DNA of 64,000 nt from Chrysomallon squamiferum (Eukaryota > Animalia > Mollusca). The stretch spans positions 7,564,001-7,628,000 of the forward strand of contig CM022670.1 of assembly GCA_012295275.1 (NCBI GenBank), in the 5' to 3' direction. The notes beneath the pieces are model-generated. The model searched no databases, was not told the DNA's origin, and was given only the letters and a program-made list of their open reading frames with translations. The position numbers were made by a program, and so were the translations under genes. Shown here in pieces: positions 31,110 to 45,505 of this stretch. Position 1 is the first letter of the stretch, and every line of letters begins with the position of its first letter.

Positions 31110-31741
31110 AAAGAGAGAAAAATATTAATTAAGAGAAATGTTTTCGAAAAATCAAATAAAAGATATCCAAAAAAAAAAAATTAACTAACAGAATAAAAAA
31201 ATATGTTAAAAATATAAAAATTAATGCAATGCAATTTTTTTTCAGTTGTAAAATATAATAATATTACAGAAGACATTATATTCTATGAGAAAACCAAATA
31301 AATCCAGAATACCAGCATCCGAGATGAACAGATTTTTTTTATGTTTTTGTTTCAGTTGAAGTCAAAAAAAAAAAAAAAAAAAAAAAGAATCATTAAGTGT
31401 TTTTTGTCTAATAAAACCAAGTATGTCATCGTCTCTTGTATGTGAAAAACACGTACATTTTGACACACGTGTGGGTATTGGGGAAAAAAAAACGCTAAAA
31501 ATAAATATTTGATTTAATCAAACTGTGTTTTTTCAAACTGAATATCAAGTATGTGTATTAAGGTTTAACTACAGATCCTGTTGCAATTATAAAATTTGTA
31601 CTCTGCCTTCAGCTTCACATCTCGTTAGTGTTTCTGTTAAAAATGATAAAATACTTTGTGCCTTTTACTTTAACCTAATATCCCCTACTCCAAAACAATT
31701 TGAAAGCCGCATTATGCATATGTTTATGTCTATATGCGTCT

Positions 31742-31747
<6 letters not shown>

Positions 31748-31833
<86 letters not shown>
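31748..31833. repeat. (GT)n microsatellite in the candidate TEP first intron
   Basis: Direct reading. Confidence 0.97.
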
Positions 31834-31835
<2 letters not shown>

Positions 31836-31871
31836 CCTAACAAATTAAAAGAATATACGTATATACATTAC

Positions 31872-31940
31872 CTCATGGTTGACACAACTTCAACTTGTTT
31901 CTCACTGATCTTCGTTTCGGCGATTCCATCTTTTTATAAA
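31872..31940 (-). promoter_or_regulatory. Candidate TEP core promoter and first exon
   Basis: On the minus strand: TATAAAAA starting at 31938, Inr-like TCAGT with A at 31906 (32 nt downstream), then ACC ATG AG|gtaatg (ATG at 31876). Phase 2 matches the exon starting at 30276. Confidence 0.6.
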
Positions 31941-32001
31941 TCCCATCCCGAAAGCGACATCTGTGACGGTGTGAGAAATATGGGCGTATTCCAAGGAACA
32001 C

Positions 32002-32218
32002 GATGCCAGAGCCCAGTGAAGGTGATAATTACCTGTAATTATCAGGTGACAAGTACACGTCATTTGTCTCACAAAATCTACGACGTTGACAAATTTCATA
32101 TTCACTTAAATGACTGGTACTGGGTTCTTTAAAATCTGTTTTTAAATTTTCAAATAACTGTTCTGTTCTCACTCATCACTACATATTTTATCATCTACTT
32201 TCGTGTTTTTCTTTGATT

Positions 32219-32255
<37 letters not shown>

Positions 32256-32720
32256 TTTTTTTTTTGTTTGTTGTTGTTGTTATTTGTTTCTTTTTGTATA
32301 CCTTTCTTTAATGTAGAAATTTTTCATATCTGTTATATATCTTTTAAGAAATTTCTATGGTAATTACACAGCAAGATGGTTTTCAGATTTGTAATTACTA
32401 TAACTGATAATTACCCCAAACCAGTTTTAGTTAATCTCTTATAATGTAGATATCAAATCAAGCAATAAAATAAAATAATAATATAAAAATTATTTTTTAA
32501 AAATACAGTATATATATATATTTAAAAATAAAAATAAATACTGTTTAAAACTGTTATTTGTAAATTCGGATTTATTCAAACATGTTTTGGTCAGTTGATA
32601 ATTTCATTTAATATATAATTATATTTTGAAAAAACATTTAATTTTTAAAAGAGAAAGAAGAAGAGAGAGAAATGGAGAGAGATTCATAAAGAAATTATTT
32701 ATACGGACGGAGAAAACCAG
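32002..32720 (+). repeat. ~0.7-kb diverged direct repeat, copy 2, directly upstream of the candidate TEP promoter
   Basis: Collinear with 8335-9076. Confidence 0.9.
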
Positions 32721-35588
32721 TGATATTCCTAAGTGCAAAGATACTTTCTGAGTTTGTCTGGGTTTTTTTCATTCCGTGTCGCATATGCAAAGGTGAGAAC
32801 ACACTACAATGATACAGACAAATTTATGATCTCTTCAGGTGAAAATGTCAGAACACAGCACTTACACAACTGTTACCTGCATGAGATGAAAATACAGCAA
32901 ATATTTGTTACCTACGTAAGGTGAAAACACAGTATAATGATACCAGCATACCTGTTACACATACAAGTGAAAACCTCAAAAGGCAGAAAATACTAATATT
33001 CACACGTGAGACTACAGTACTTCGGCAGAGACATTATCAGTTTTCAAATAAAAAGGAAACAGATTGTTTACACTTCTACTTTGTATAAACTGAACATTAC
33101 ATTCTTTTCTTTCAGATGACAGCATTTGCTTATGTTAACCTTTATCTACTAAATGATAAAAAAAAATATATATATATAACAACAACAACAACAATAATAA
33201 TACCACTATAAAAAAATAGAAAGATATTAAAGCCATTATCTAAGCATTATTATAATTCTTTGTACAACTGAGGTAAATCTCAACCTATCAGTTCAAGAAA
33301 TTTTGTGTATGCATCTACCTATAGACAGGAAGACATCAGGAGTAAAGATCACATGATATACCACACTCTGTGATTGAACTATACCCACCATGTAGCTATG
33401 TGTATAATATATAGTGTTAACAGTATCTGAAAGAATCCAACTGCATGCCACTGAAAAAGTTAGAATATTTATAATCCATGTATATCATGGGCTTAGTTTA
33501 ATGTAATATTATTAAACACTGAAAAATAAGATAATTGTAACATAATAATGATAAGAAGAAGAAGAAAAAGGAGGAGGACAAGAAATAACATAATAAATAA
33601 CAAATAACATTTTTGTTTTAGCTGTTTTTATTATGTGAAACATCAACAAATATAAATGATATTTAACAACAGAACTATATTATGACTAACAAATCTAATT
33701 ATCTCTCTCACACACACACACCAAAAATAATTACATGGTATATTATATGACAAGAACAAAAATTAATAATAATAAAAATAATAATAGTTATAATAATAAT
33801 AAAACCAGTTCAACAAAAAGTCACAAAGTATGAATTTGTTTTTTTGTTTGTTTGTTGTTGTTTTTTTGTGTGTTTTTTTCAAATAATGAATAATTTTCTA
33901 ACAACTAAAAAACTAAATTAGGTAACAAAATCTTCTTTTTTTAATGTTATAGCTCTGTTAACAAAATTATATAGATTTAATAAATAATAATAATAATAAC
34001 AAAATTAAAAAATTAAAAATATTAAATTTATATATGGAGTTATTCGGTTTAGGGTTTTGTCAAACATTATATATTTATCCTTTTTGAATAATCAGTTTAC
34101 TTTTGTTGTTACATTTAAAATCATTTCATACTTCAATCCTGTCATTAATACATTCAAAACTAAGGAGGTGTCAGCATATTAAGCTAATGTAAAACTGATA
34201 AACACTGAATATAATGACTTTATTTATGCATTACACGTATCTCAATAATCATTATTCCTTTTTATTATTTTTTTTAAGTTGGAAAATCACATAAAAAGTT
34301 CATTTCTGGGGGGTTTTTTTGTTGAGTATTCTAAATAAGAAACTTTCAGCATATGAGTAAATGGTAATGCTGATGTGAAAAATTTCATGCTGCCTCTTCA
34401 CCCTTACAAATACAAACAACAGTAACAGTAAACAGTATTATATGTATAATACAGACATACACCTCAACAACTTCACCTGAGGTAATAATAATAATACAAG
34501 CATACAATAAATCAATAATAATATCTGTGTATATCACAGTTAGCTGTAAATACAACTAAACAAAATTATTCAAACACTAAATGAAACCTCCAGTGAAACT
34601 GAATGATATATTTTACACAGCTATCTCTGTATCAGTATTAATAAATATATTTTCTGAGTTCCACATTCTGATCTGAAACAAAATCTAAATAACATTTTCA
34701 CGAGGGTTTCTTTTCGAAACTCTTTGCAGAAAGAGACAATAATGTAACAACAAAAATTTCATTTTGTTTTGCTATGAATTTTGATACCATGGTTTCCATT
34801 AATTACTGACAAAATGTTTGTTTGTTTTTTTGGGGTTTTTTCTTGATTTTTGTTTATACCTTCATCTCCTATTTCTCCATCCTCACACTATTTTTAATGT
34901 TTAGTTCAGACAATATAACATAAACCAGTAAATAACACACATATAACATAAACACTAACATTAAAACAGTCTATTTCACTTTTTCCATGCCGCTTTCAAA
35001 CCCTGTTTAAACAAATTATAAAGTGAAAACATTGTAATATATATGTCATAGATCAATAATATATGAAACAAGCACCAAAACTTTATGATGATAATCTGCA
35101 GTGACAACAGTTATTAGTTTTCTGTGTCAACAAAACCAGTGATAATGTAAATTATTTAAAATTTTACTAAAATGCACTGCAGCACTATGGGAAAGATTGA
35201 GACATTTTTTTGATATTTTAACATTATTTAACATTTCAGATGGATGTGAATTTAACTAAATATGTTTCGGAAATTACAGTCTTCTAAAAAATTAAATTAA
35301 TATTTTTTAAACGAAATGCATGAAAGAAAAAAATATATAAATAAATTTAAAAAATAAGAAAGAAAACAAACATAGGCTTTAACAGTTAGTTGGTTGTACT
35401 GATTTGTTTTTAGTTTTACTATTAAAATGTTTTATAATAATTATGCCCATTAACAACACAAAATTTGATTGCAGAAGCCAGCCTGCCAGCTAGCCAGTCT
35501 GAAATGAAATAAAATAAAATAAAATAAAATAAATAAAGTTTCTTCTCCTTTGCATGTGTGTTTTAAGTATTAAACACATCTTAAATTT

Positions 35589-38345
35589 TCACTTCTTTTC
35601 TTTCTGTGCTGGACTTTTGAATTCCTTGAGATACATGGCATTGCATGCTGGACAGCACCGGATGTCCATCAGGTGGATAGTTGTCGGGTGGACAGGACAT
35701 GCAATCCGTAGTCGGCCTGGAAAAATGTGACCACATGCTCGACACAGAATAGTTTTCACTGGCCGTTCACAAACACAACTCCCGCTTTGATCTGTGTCTG
35801 GTTCAAAGTTAGGAAATGCAACCTGGAAAAACAGGAGAAAGATTATCAGACAGCTGCTGAAGATTACATAGATGATGATGATGATGATACTGATGATAAT
35901 AACAGAATATCCATCCTGTCATGTGAAAAGTTTTAATTTCAGGAAATCATTTGTTGGTGTCAAGATTTAGATGGTGTCTTTAAATGAATGGAGAAAAGAA
36001 AAAGTAATAATGTGATCTTCAAATTAATTATTTGTTATTTCAGATGTTAATTTTACAACTGTATGCTCTGCAAAACAATCTGTTGGTTAAGCCTATACAT
36101 TTAGTGTAATTTAAAACCTGTAGATACACATATATATTGAACTAAAAATATATATATATATAAATCTTATACTAAACATTGTAGTAACACATTCAAACTT
36201 TTAGCAGTGTACAATTTTCATTTATTTGTTAACAGCTTGTATTTCATTTCTGTATAATAAATTGAATAACCATTTTAAATAATAAGTCCAAGATTATCTG
36301 ATAGATTCCGAGTTCCATGGGACATAACTCTTCACAGCATAAACACACACTCTGAATTCCATGGGATATAACTCTTCACAGCATAAACACATACTCTGAC
36401 AAAATGTCATTTTGTTTTCCTTCATTATTTTTTCTTCTTACTTTATTTTATTTTTTTAAATGTAAAATACACCCAACATGGAAAATGTATATCAGATGAT
36501 TATAAATAAAATAAAATAGTTGTTCTTCAATTTATTGCATACAGAAAAAAAACACACAAAGAAAATATAACTGATAATATGCAAGAACATTCATATTTAC
36601 TAATAAATACAGAGGCAGGGAATCAATTTACAGAATAATAAAATATTGTACACACTAAACATTTAACAGAGAAACACAGATAAACTGAACATGAACATAT
36701 ATTATAGCATTTTGTTTTTCTGTTATGACATGATAAATTAAATTATGAATAGAGAAGAAAAAAGAGATTATAAAGAAGTATTTAACTTAACATTTTACTT
36801 TTTCATTTTAAATATTAAATCACTAAATGACTTTTTAACAGTGATAATTATTTCAGTGTAGACTTTCTCTACAAGGAAACTGGAAAGCAAAATCTCATTA
36901 ATACCTAATAACATTTCGATTTAATAAGTGTGTTATTGATAAAACAACATAAATAAATATAACTGTTTCATCATACACAAGATCTTCCAAAACATGGATC
37001 TAGCAGAAAGAACCAATATTATTTGGAAATGAAGTGTCACTGATCCTTAAATTAATATAAAATAAAAAACCATCTTTATTGAAAATTGCGTTTACATTAT
37101 TGATTATAATTTAAAACTGTCATTAAACAGAAACAAAATTACCTGTAATATTAAATGCTCAATGTTGTAACTCACAACTTTAAGATGTGCAAAATATATA
37201 CACCCACTAGAGATTATCAATGTGCAAAAATACATTTTCAATAATAAAAATAAAAAATGCCAGGCAGACCTGGGAAATGACATGAAAAATCCTGACCATT
37301 TTTCTTCATCATTTTCTTTTTATTCCTGGATTGTTGTAAATCTGAATGGGCTGGTTTGATACAAAATGTCAAATGCCTTGAGCCTGCAGCTTTAGATACA
37401 AATTCTATTTAGAATTAAAGAAGACACATGCTAAGCCTAGTTGTTTGAGTCTATCTTCTACAACTTTTGTTTTTGCCAGATCAAACTGGGAAATTTTATT
37501 TAGAAATCAGGGAAAACAAGGAAAAGCTACGACCTTCTAGTGACCACAAAGCTCTGAACACATTGCATTTTGATGTGAAATGGAAAGCAATGCATTCTGA
37601 TTTAGATCTCAAACTATCTTGCTAAATCACTTCTATTTTGAGACAGCTGTAATAAAACTAATAATACAGTTAGTTCTACACTCCCTGTTCCCAAAACAGA
37701 GAAATGGGAGAGGAGAAAAATATAATGAAAAAGACTGGAATTGTTTTATTTAATTGGAAATAAGCAAATTCTATATGTATATCATATAAAATCAGTCTAT
37801 TATTCTAAATTCTATAAATGTTAGTTTATACACTTTACTAAGAATTATGGCATAATTATGTGCATTGTATGCTTAACAACTCTGCATGAAGATTTGTAAT
37901 TTTTTACAACAAAATACATATATATTTTTTCAGTGTTAATATTCATTCCACTGCCACGGACAAAAATTTCATACTTCTAATACACGTCAAATGTTACAAA
38001 ATGAGAAATTAAAATATGAGAAATGCTGCAAAAATGTTAATTCTAAGGTTTTGCTTATTTATTTATTTAAAATTACTGCTGTTGTTTTAAATCCTTTTTT
38101 TTATTATTATACTGATGATCTAGTGCAAGAGTATTTAGTTTTGACTTGGAAGATTGCTACTTTAATCGCATAATTTGAATGGGAAGTTGAAGTCTGCACA
38201 ATTTTATTTTAACTCCATTTTGCTTTTATATTAATTTCAAATTGTTTGACTACTTTAGTAACTGAAGTTACCAAAAAAACATCCGATGTTAAATTCTTAC
38301 CGGTACAGTACTGTTACAAGAAAGCGTATTATAACGTGCTGACAT
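35589..38345 (-). CDS. Small Cys/His-rich putative zinc-binding protein, 92 aa, 2 exons (resembles the Drosophila CG13380-like uncharacterised family)
   Basis: Exon 1 38345-38301 (AAA ATG; MSARYNTLSCNSTVP|gtaaga) joins in phase 0 to exon 2 35822-35589 (ttttccag|VAFPNFEPDTDQSGSCVCERPVKTILCRACGHIFPGRLRIACPVHPTTIHLMDIRCCPACNAMYLKEFKSPAQKEKK*). Family assigned from memory of the CxCxR..CxxCG..GR.R..CxxHP..LMD..CPxC pattern. Confidence 0.85.
36310..36397. repeat. 44-bp tandem duplication in intron
   Basis: ga.ttccatggga.ataactcttcacagcataaacaca.actct x2, 3 mismatches. Confidence 0.9.
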
Positions 38346-38429
38346 TTTATAGTACTTCAAAACTGCCTCTAAAAAGTACGACGTTCTCTTTGTTTTTTTC
38401 TTTTCTGTCGTTCATTTATGAAACAAAAG

Positions 38430-38470
38430 ATGTGATTGGTCAATTGCCAAATTGTTTGATTACGTCAAAT
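38430..38470 (-). promoter_or_regulatory. Proximal promoter elements of the small Cys-rich gene
   Basis: gattggtc (CCAAT on minus) near 38434-38441 and ttacgtca (CRE-like) at 38460-38467, 90-120 nt upstream of the ATG, where CpG reappears. Confidence 0.5.
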
Positions 38471-38855
38471 CTATCGTTACAACAGGCGTAGGCCTTTTCA
38501 TTGAGCACTTATAAATTCTAAACGTTGAAATTAAACGATATTAGTTTAATTTAATTAATTAATTTCTTTGTTTGTTTGTTTATTTCTTTATTTTATTTCT
38601 TTATTTTCAATTATTAATTAATTAGTTAATTTTTAAAAATTTATTTATATATATTTTTTTGTTTTTGTTATTTGTTATTTCCTTTTCTTTTTTATTCTTC
38701 TTTTAATTTTAGAACATTCAAAAACTACTTTGAACGATTATAATGGTAAACATTATGATGAATATAATAAGGATGAGGAAAAATTATTGGCAATAATCAT
38801 ATGCAAACATTTATTTCACATCTTATTTCTTCTGTTTAAAAATCTGTTCGTTCAT

Positions 38856-38934
<79 letters not shown>

Positions 38935-39937
38935 CGATGAAGAAAAATATAAACACCTGGAGAAAAAGAAAAGAAAAATGTTAATGAGATGTAGAAAAAC
39001 AATGAATAAAATAAGAAGATACAAATAAAGAAGACAGAAAAAAAATTCAGTAACATAATCTTCACGTCCGTTAAAATACACCCTCATCACAACCGTGTCT
39101 CTCTCCTTGTACAAATATTTATCAACAATGTAGGCGACATTGGCTCCTTAGAAATGTCATTCAGAAAGTTATACGTCTTCTTATTTTTTCTTTTTTTTTT
39201 CTTTCCAAATATTAATATCAGATACGTAAAATAGCACGATGAAGAAAGAAGGCGGAAATATATCGATTGGAGACACGGAAGTTCCGCCATTAATATTTTT
39301 CGTCAGAGTGACACAATCTTATGGCGAGATTCACATTTCACTGCAGTTCATTCACTCAGCTTTGGTATCAAATGTAATTTTTATTTTATTTATATTTTTT
39401 TTTCCTTTCATTTATCTTCCTATATTTATAATAACTTTCCATTCGAAGAAGATATGCGGATAAGTCCACAAAAATGAATGTTTCATTTATTAAAAAAAAA
39501 TTTAGGCAATCTAAAACTAAATAAATAAATAAACAAATAAAAGTAAGAAAGACGATAAAAAAAAAAAAAAAGGATCAAGAAAGAAAACATGTATGCATAT
39601 GTACACGTGTGTATGTGTCTCCGTATGTGTACATACTAATTTTTGAGCTACGCTGTACGACAGTCAAACAGACACACACACCCTGTCAAATTCACACACA
39701 CACACACACACCAGAGCTCACAGAGATACACTGATGATTTCGGGCGCAATCTGAAATGACTTAAAAAGCTAAATCAATAAACCTTGAAGTTTCTTATCCA
39801 AATATTTGATTCTTTCATTTCTGGACATCGTGTTGGCTTAGACGTCACTTTAAAATATGTAGTTTCAATCGCGTATTTTTCGCTGTGTTTTTCTTTTAGG
39901 ATAACTGAGAAAGCGTCAAAACACAACTATTTAAGTT

Positions 39938-40200
39938 ACAGCCGAGTGGGTTAAGCACTTGTCTGAAGCGAGATAGGTCATCGGATCGGTCCTCGGGTTA
40001 CCTATGAGGCTATTTCCCAGTCCAGTGTCACGTGGTCTAATTATCAAGTAACGTGGCTCTCTTGTCTGGAACATGACCGGCCCCATGTTTTTTATTAACT
40101 ATTAATTTTCCCCGTTCTAGCTAATGTTGCAGTTTTGTCATATCAAAGGCTGTGATACGTGCTTTCCTGTTTAATGAGCATGTGCAGTAACAAGGAATTA
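39938..40200 (+). mobile_element. Degenerate tRNA-derived SINE (Meta-SINE-like)
   Basis: A-box-like agccgagtgggttaagc, B-box-like ggatcggtcc, then gctatttcc..ccagtg and tatcaaaggctgtgatacgtgctttcctgt, matching my recollection of the Meta domain; appears related to 21797-21995. Confidence 0.6.
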
Positions 40201-40356
40201 ACTGGATTGTGGTTGATTTCTCTGACCAGTTTAGATGAGGATTCCCAGTGACAGAAAATTATTCAAGGTGATATCTTTAATCGGTATTTTAATTTAAAAA
40301 TAAATGAATAAATAAATAAAAAATATTTGTTATATGTGGTTAAATAACAAAAACAA

Positions 40357-40411
<55 letters not shown>

Positions 40412-40619
40412 ATAGATAAATAAATAAATAAAATAAAGAATGTTGATTTTATGTTAAGAATTAAACTGATTAGTTTTTGTGGGTTTTTTCAATTCATGTG
40501 ATTTCTTCTGTTTGTATTTCGAATAATGGTAACCATTTTTATCCATTCATTATTTTAGTTTCTTTCTTTCTTTTGTCTGTTTGATGTGCATTTTCTTTTT
40601 CCTTTAATGATATATATTT

Positions 40620-40652
<33 letters not shown>

Positions 40653-41642
40653 CTCTCTCTTTCTATCTTGTCTGTCTCTGTCGGTATTTCGTCTGCTCGA
40701 TTAATTTTAAATTTTAATATATCATGAATTTATTTTGCTTCACCTTATTATTTTTATATTATCAATTTAAAATATCATTTTAGATTAAGCTTTTGGGTTT
40801 TTTTTTTTTCTTATTTACAATAATTTATAAAATTAGACATCTTTTCTTTTCTCATTTACTGTAACCAAAATGCAAATACGCTGAAACTTAATATCGATTC
40901 GTTGAGTCAAACATTTTCAAATATTCAAGGTTTCAGTTTTATTTACACACCAAAGACACGTTACATACTAACATGATCATGGTAAAGTTTAAGTCTGTTG
41001 ATTATTTACAGGTGAAATTTCTAATTCGTTAGCGATTTCGTATGTCGCCGTTAACTTTCATCGATCTTAAATAGATAGACGTCATTACATGATTACTCAG
41101 AGAGAGGACAAAATCCAGGTAGTTAGACTGGGGGGGGGGGTAAAGCAATCCCGACCCCGTAAAGTTAATCACTTTGAAAAGTACTCATCGATCCTTGAAC
41201 ATGTAGAAAACTAAGAATTACTTTGAAGAATGCTATGTAAAAAGTTTTTATTGCTCGAATAGAGAGAGCCTGGTTCGGTATAATAACATGCAGAGGATTT
41301 AGAATTAGCTAAAACAGTTTTGGAGCATCATACCTTGTCACCTTGATTTCTCCCCGACCCTTGATCCCTACCTGCGGGTTTGTTGTTGTAAAATCGTTAC
41401 TTGGGAACCTCATGAACAGCAGAGAAACAATTTAGTAAATTTGACAAAGCTTAATGTAAATTTAAGGACAAAGTACGTGATTTCGTGACGTTTGTTTACG
41501 ATAATGCAGGAATGTATCATTTGAAACAGTTTAAATAGTCAGAATTTTATTAATTATCTGAAATCCTGATGATGGTCATATGAGACTAATTAGTATGATC
41601 TGACGGACCATGATAAAAAATTAAATGATCTGACGGACACAG

Positions 41643-41700
<58 letters not shown>

Positions 41701-43550
41701 TAAAACATTTTTAGCTGAGAATATTAAAGGCCAGTCTGTGATACATAGATACATTGGTCTTTGTCTCTGAGTTTGATAAACATTATATACAAAATATAAC
41801 TCATCCATAACGATAATAATATTATTATTATTATTATCTACCAAGTCTTTGGAATGTCAGGAGCGAGGAAAAAAAAAAAATGTAGCTGTCTAACGAGACT
41901 TGAATTATTTTAATAATAGAGGCCAATTAGTTAAAAAGAACACGTTTTGGTATAACGAGACTAACAATGGCTGCCAATGAGTTTTTAAAAAAGTGAGTTA
42001 AAAAATAAAGTGTCGGTCTAACGAGTCTGAGGAACGAAATTCAGTAAAAGTTAAATGACTGTAATCTGTGTTTCTATGTCTTCTCTGCATTTCTCTCACT
42101 CCATTTCACTAGGACATGCCTCGTGCAGGGCTAAACACAGGTCAAGCCTACTTAAAATGGATTGTGCTATTTAATTTGATTTTGAACAACTCGGGTTTGA
42201 ACGGGAGCCTGGTTCGGTCCAGTGATTGAGAACCTAAGGGTATTTATGACATCACTTATGGACTAATAGAAACAACAGGGGCTACCTCCTCGAGCACGGA
42301 CAATTTCCCGGATACAGGAGGGTGGTGAAAGAAGAAGCCGCAGGGAGTGGCCAGTTTGATGGCTTGCAAATAAGCAATTTACTTTGAAAATTTAACTGCT
42401 TTCATTACGTTTCCATATCCAAAATTTATGAATTATTTTAAAACTTTGTCTGTGGTTCTATATGAAATCTGAAGACCCTTTTTTGTTTCTCTCCTGTGAA
42501 TTTGAGATGTTGAATCATTTTTTGTGTTTGTTTTTTTGTTTGTTGAGAAAGTAGGGTATTTAAATAGATGCATGAAGACAAACAAATGTAGAGCGAAACA
42601 GACAGGTACAAATGTTTTTTTTACGATGGTTGGATAATGTCTGTGAGCTGGTATCAAGGTGGAGAAACATATCAGTTAGGAAGTGAAATAGATAAATATA
42701 AAGCTAGATACAGGTCTGAGATTAAGATAAACACCCACATTTAGTGAGAGAGAAAGAGAGAGATGGAGTGGATGGTTACACTGGTACAAAAACTGTAATG
42801 TTGAACTGAATGGTTGGAAGATAGACAATTCATAGATAAAGTAAATACTGATGTTTTTTCTTAAAAGCTTCATGAATTTATTGTCAGGCTTTCCCCTCGT
42901 GTTTCTTTCATTTGAAATACTGCAAAAAAAAAAAATTCTCAAAGAAATAAATTCCATTTCCTTACAAAACAACCAGTGCTGTTAACCTCATTACAATTGG
43001 ACTGACAGCCAAATTAAATAAATAAAAGACGATGACAATCTAATTACGCCATACTGGACATAATCACGAAAAACATTCATTATTTTCATTAAATCAACTA
43101 TCTGATTGTATTTTTTAAAAAGTACAGGACAGGTAATGTATATAATTTCACGGATATATAATACCTTCAGTTAATGGTAAAGAAGACAGTTTGATGAATG
43201 TGTCCACCGCGGATAATTCAGATTGTATTTCTATTGTCATTGTTATCGTTATTTTCATCTTCTTTATCGTCACCACTGTTATTACAATTATAATTATTTG
43301 TTGTTGTTGTTTTTGTCTGTACGATTACTACCGGCACCTTCTTCAGTATTTCTTATATTAATATCTCTTATCTACTATGACTTCAGCTGTCTTTTTTTTT
43401 TCGTCTTTTTTTCTTAAAAATCGAATAAATAAATAAAATAAAATAAAAACATAATAAAAAAAATGTAAAAAGGAGAAAAAATAGCCACATATAAACGTAC
43501 ACACACTTGTACATAATTTTAATCATTATTCATATTCATATTGGTTTTCA

Positions 43551-43592
<42 letters not shown>

Positions 43593-45434
43593 CATCATCA
43601 TCATCATTAATGTTGTTTTTTTGTTTATGTAATTATAGTTGTGTTGTTATTATTTTAAGATTATAAACACAGATGTTTTATTATTAAAAGCAATCTGTTT
43701 ACCGTTTGTAACAGAAACCACTTATAAGAGTCAAACGTCAAAATATATAATTCTAGAAATCATGGTAATGAATAGAACATGTGTTAAACTATCGCTTTCT
43801 TCTCTAAGAAAGGACGTTGTTATTTTTGACTGACTAATCACATTAGAATAACTGAATTGACTCGGGTTTGAAATATCCTAAACAAATCTCTGTTGTATTA
43901 GTGTGTTTGTGTGTCAGTCGGAAATCTCTGTGTTTTTCCTAGGAAATCAAGCTGAAAAGCACTTCATTTTAATAATGTTATGGTTTTTCGTTTTAGTAAA
44001 ATGTCTGTCAAAAACGACAATACCGCGACGCTGTTGTCAACCACGTGTTTGCAGAACGTCTTTCATTAAGGAGGGGCGGGGTGTGGATCGATTGTCTCGT
44101 CCTGCAGGGAAGGCAACACGTAAAAGCCGAGCGTAAAGAAAAAAACTGACAAGGGAGAAACAGTCAGTTCTTTGTGCCACCAGCCAATAACAGTTGCAGC
44201 GGTCAGTTGGTCATTGTTGTCGCTGCCCTCATGTCCATTCACGGACACTGGGCGAAAGTCCATTCTGCTTTGAAAGGATGTAGTTGAAAATCCAATTACA
44301 ACTTGATTACGGTTTAAGAAGCACTCGGGCGAGTTTTTCAAACTCATTAACTCGCGGCAAGATGAGCTCAGATAACTAGAGAATGATGATGATGATGGTG
44401 CACTGTCGTTTCGTGGATCTTGTGTCAGAAACTCAAACCTCAGGCGCGGATCCAAGGGGAATGGGGGTGGCGTGCAGTGATACGATTCTGTTAACAATAA
44501 ATGTTTTTCATTCATTTTAAAGCGCCTACGTATCGACACAATTAACAGTTTTCATCCGATTTCTTAAGCGTGTATAAATAATAAAGCAGCAGTCGTCCAA
44601 ATTTGCTTATTTTAACACATATTTTAGATCATTATGTATATATATTTTTTCAGCTTTAGCGAAAGAGACAGTCTTATCCTTTCCATTGTGAAATAAATTA
44701 TTGAACCGCCCTAAAGATTTTTGAACTTCATTCCACCACAGTGAATGGACATATGGCGTCCAGTCTTCCAGTGTTCGTTTTGTTTGGTGAAAAAACACTT
44801 AGTGTTCGCAGATGTGTTGTGTTAGTGTTATCTTCATTGTTTGATTTTTTTCTTCTTCTGTGTAGTTTGTATTAGATAATTATTAAAATATAGTAGAATA
44901 TTATATTAAATATTTGAAGTAAAAATTATATCCTGTCTCATCTTATGTCCGTAGACTTTTACACAAGCATACATCTACTTCATTTCGTATGCGTAGTGTT
45001 GTAAAAGAGATACTGATGTCTACAGGATAAAAATGTATCTCTAAAGACAAAAACTGTCAGATACATAAAATGTATTATTGTTTGGCATTATCTATTCAGT
45101 GAGATTAAATAATAACTAAAATAAAATATTGTTTAATATTTACAATTCAGGAACAACGATTTGCTATGAATTTGGTGTCAAATTAATGATAAAATTAATT
45201 TTTCAAAATAGTGTTATAGAATAATAGGCTGGGAATGTGTAAATTTTTATTCTTATCTATGGATACAGTAAAAGGCCTGTTTTACGACTGTTTGCTAACT
45301 TACTAATAAGGTACCGTATCTCGAGGTTCAGCAGGCGGTTCAAGATTCTGGAAAACATTACTGAATATTAAATTGTACATAGCATTATGTAAAATTATTT
45401 TTATGATGTCGGTGGACACACTCTCAGACAATTA

Positions 45435-45505
<71 letters not shown>

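Noticed and set aside
44066-44539. 157-aa minus-strand ORF
   Set aside because: Non-ATG start, no recognisable motif and no flanking exon chain; better explained as a GC-richer non-coding island.
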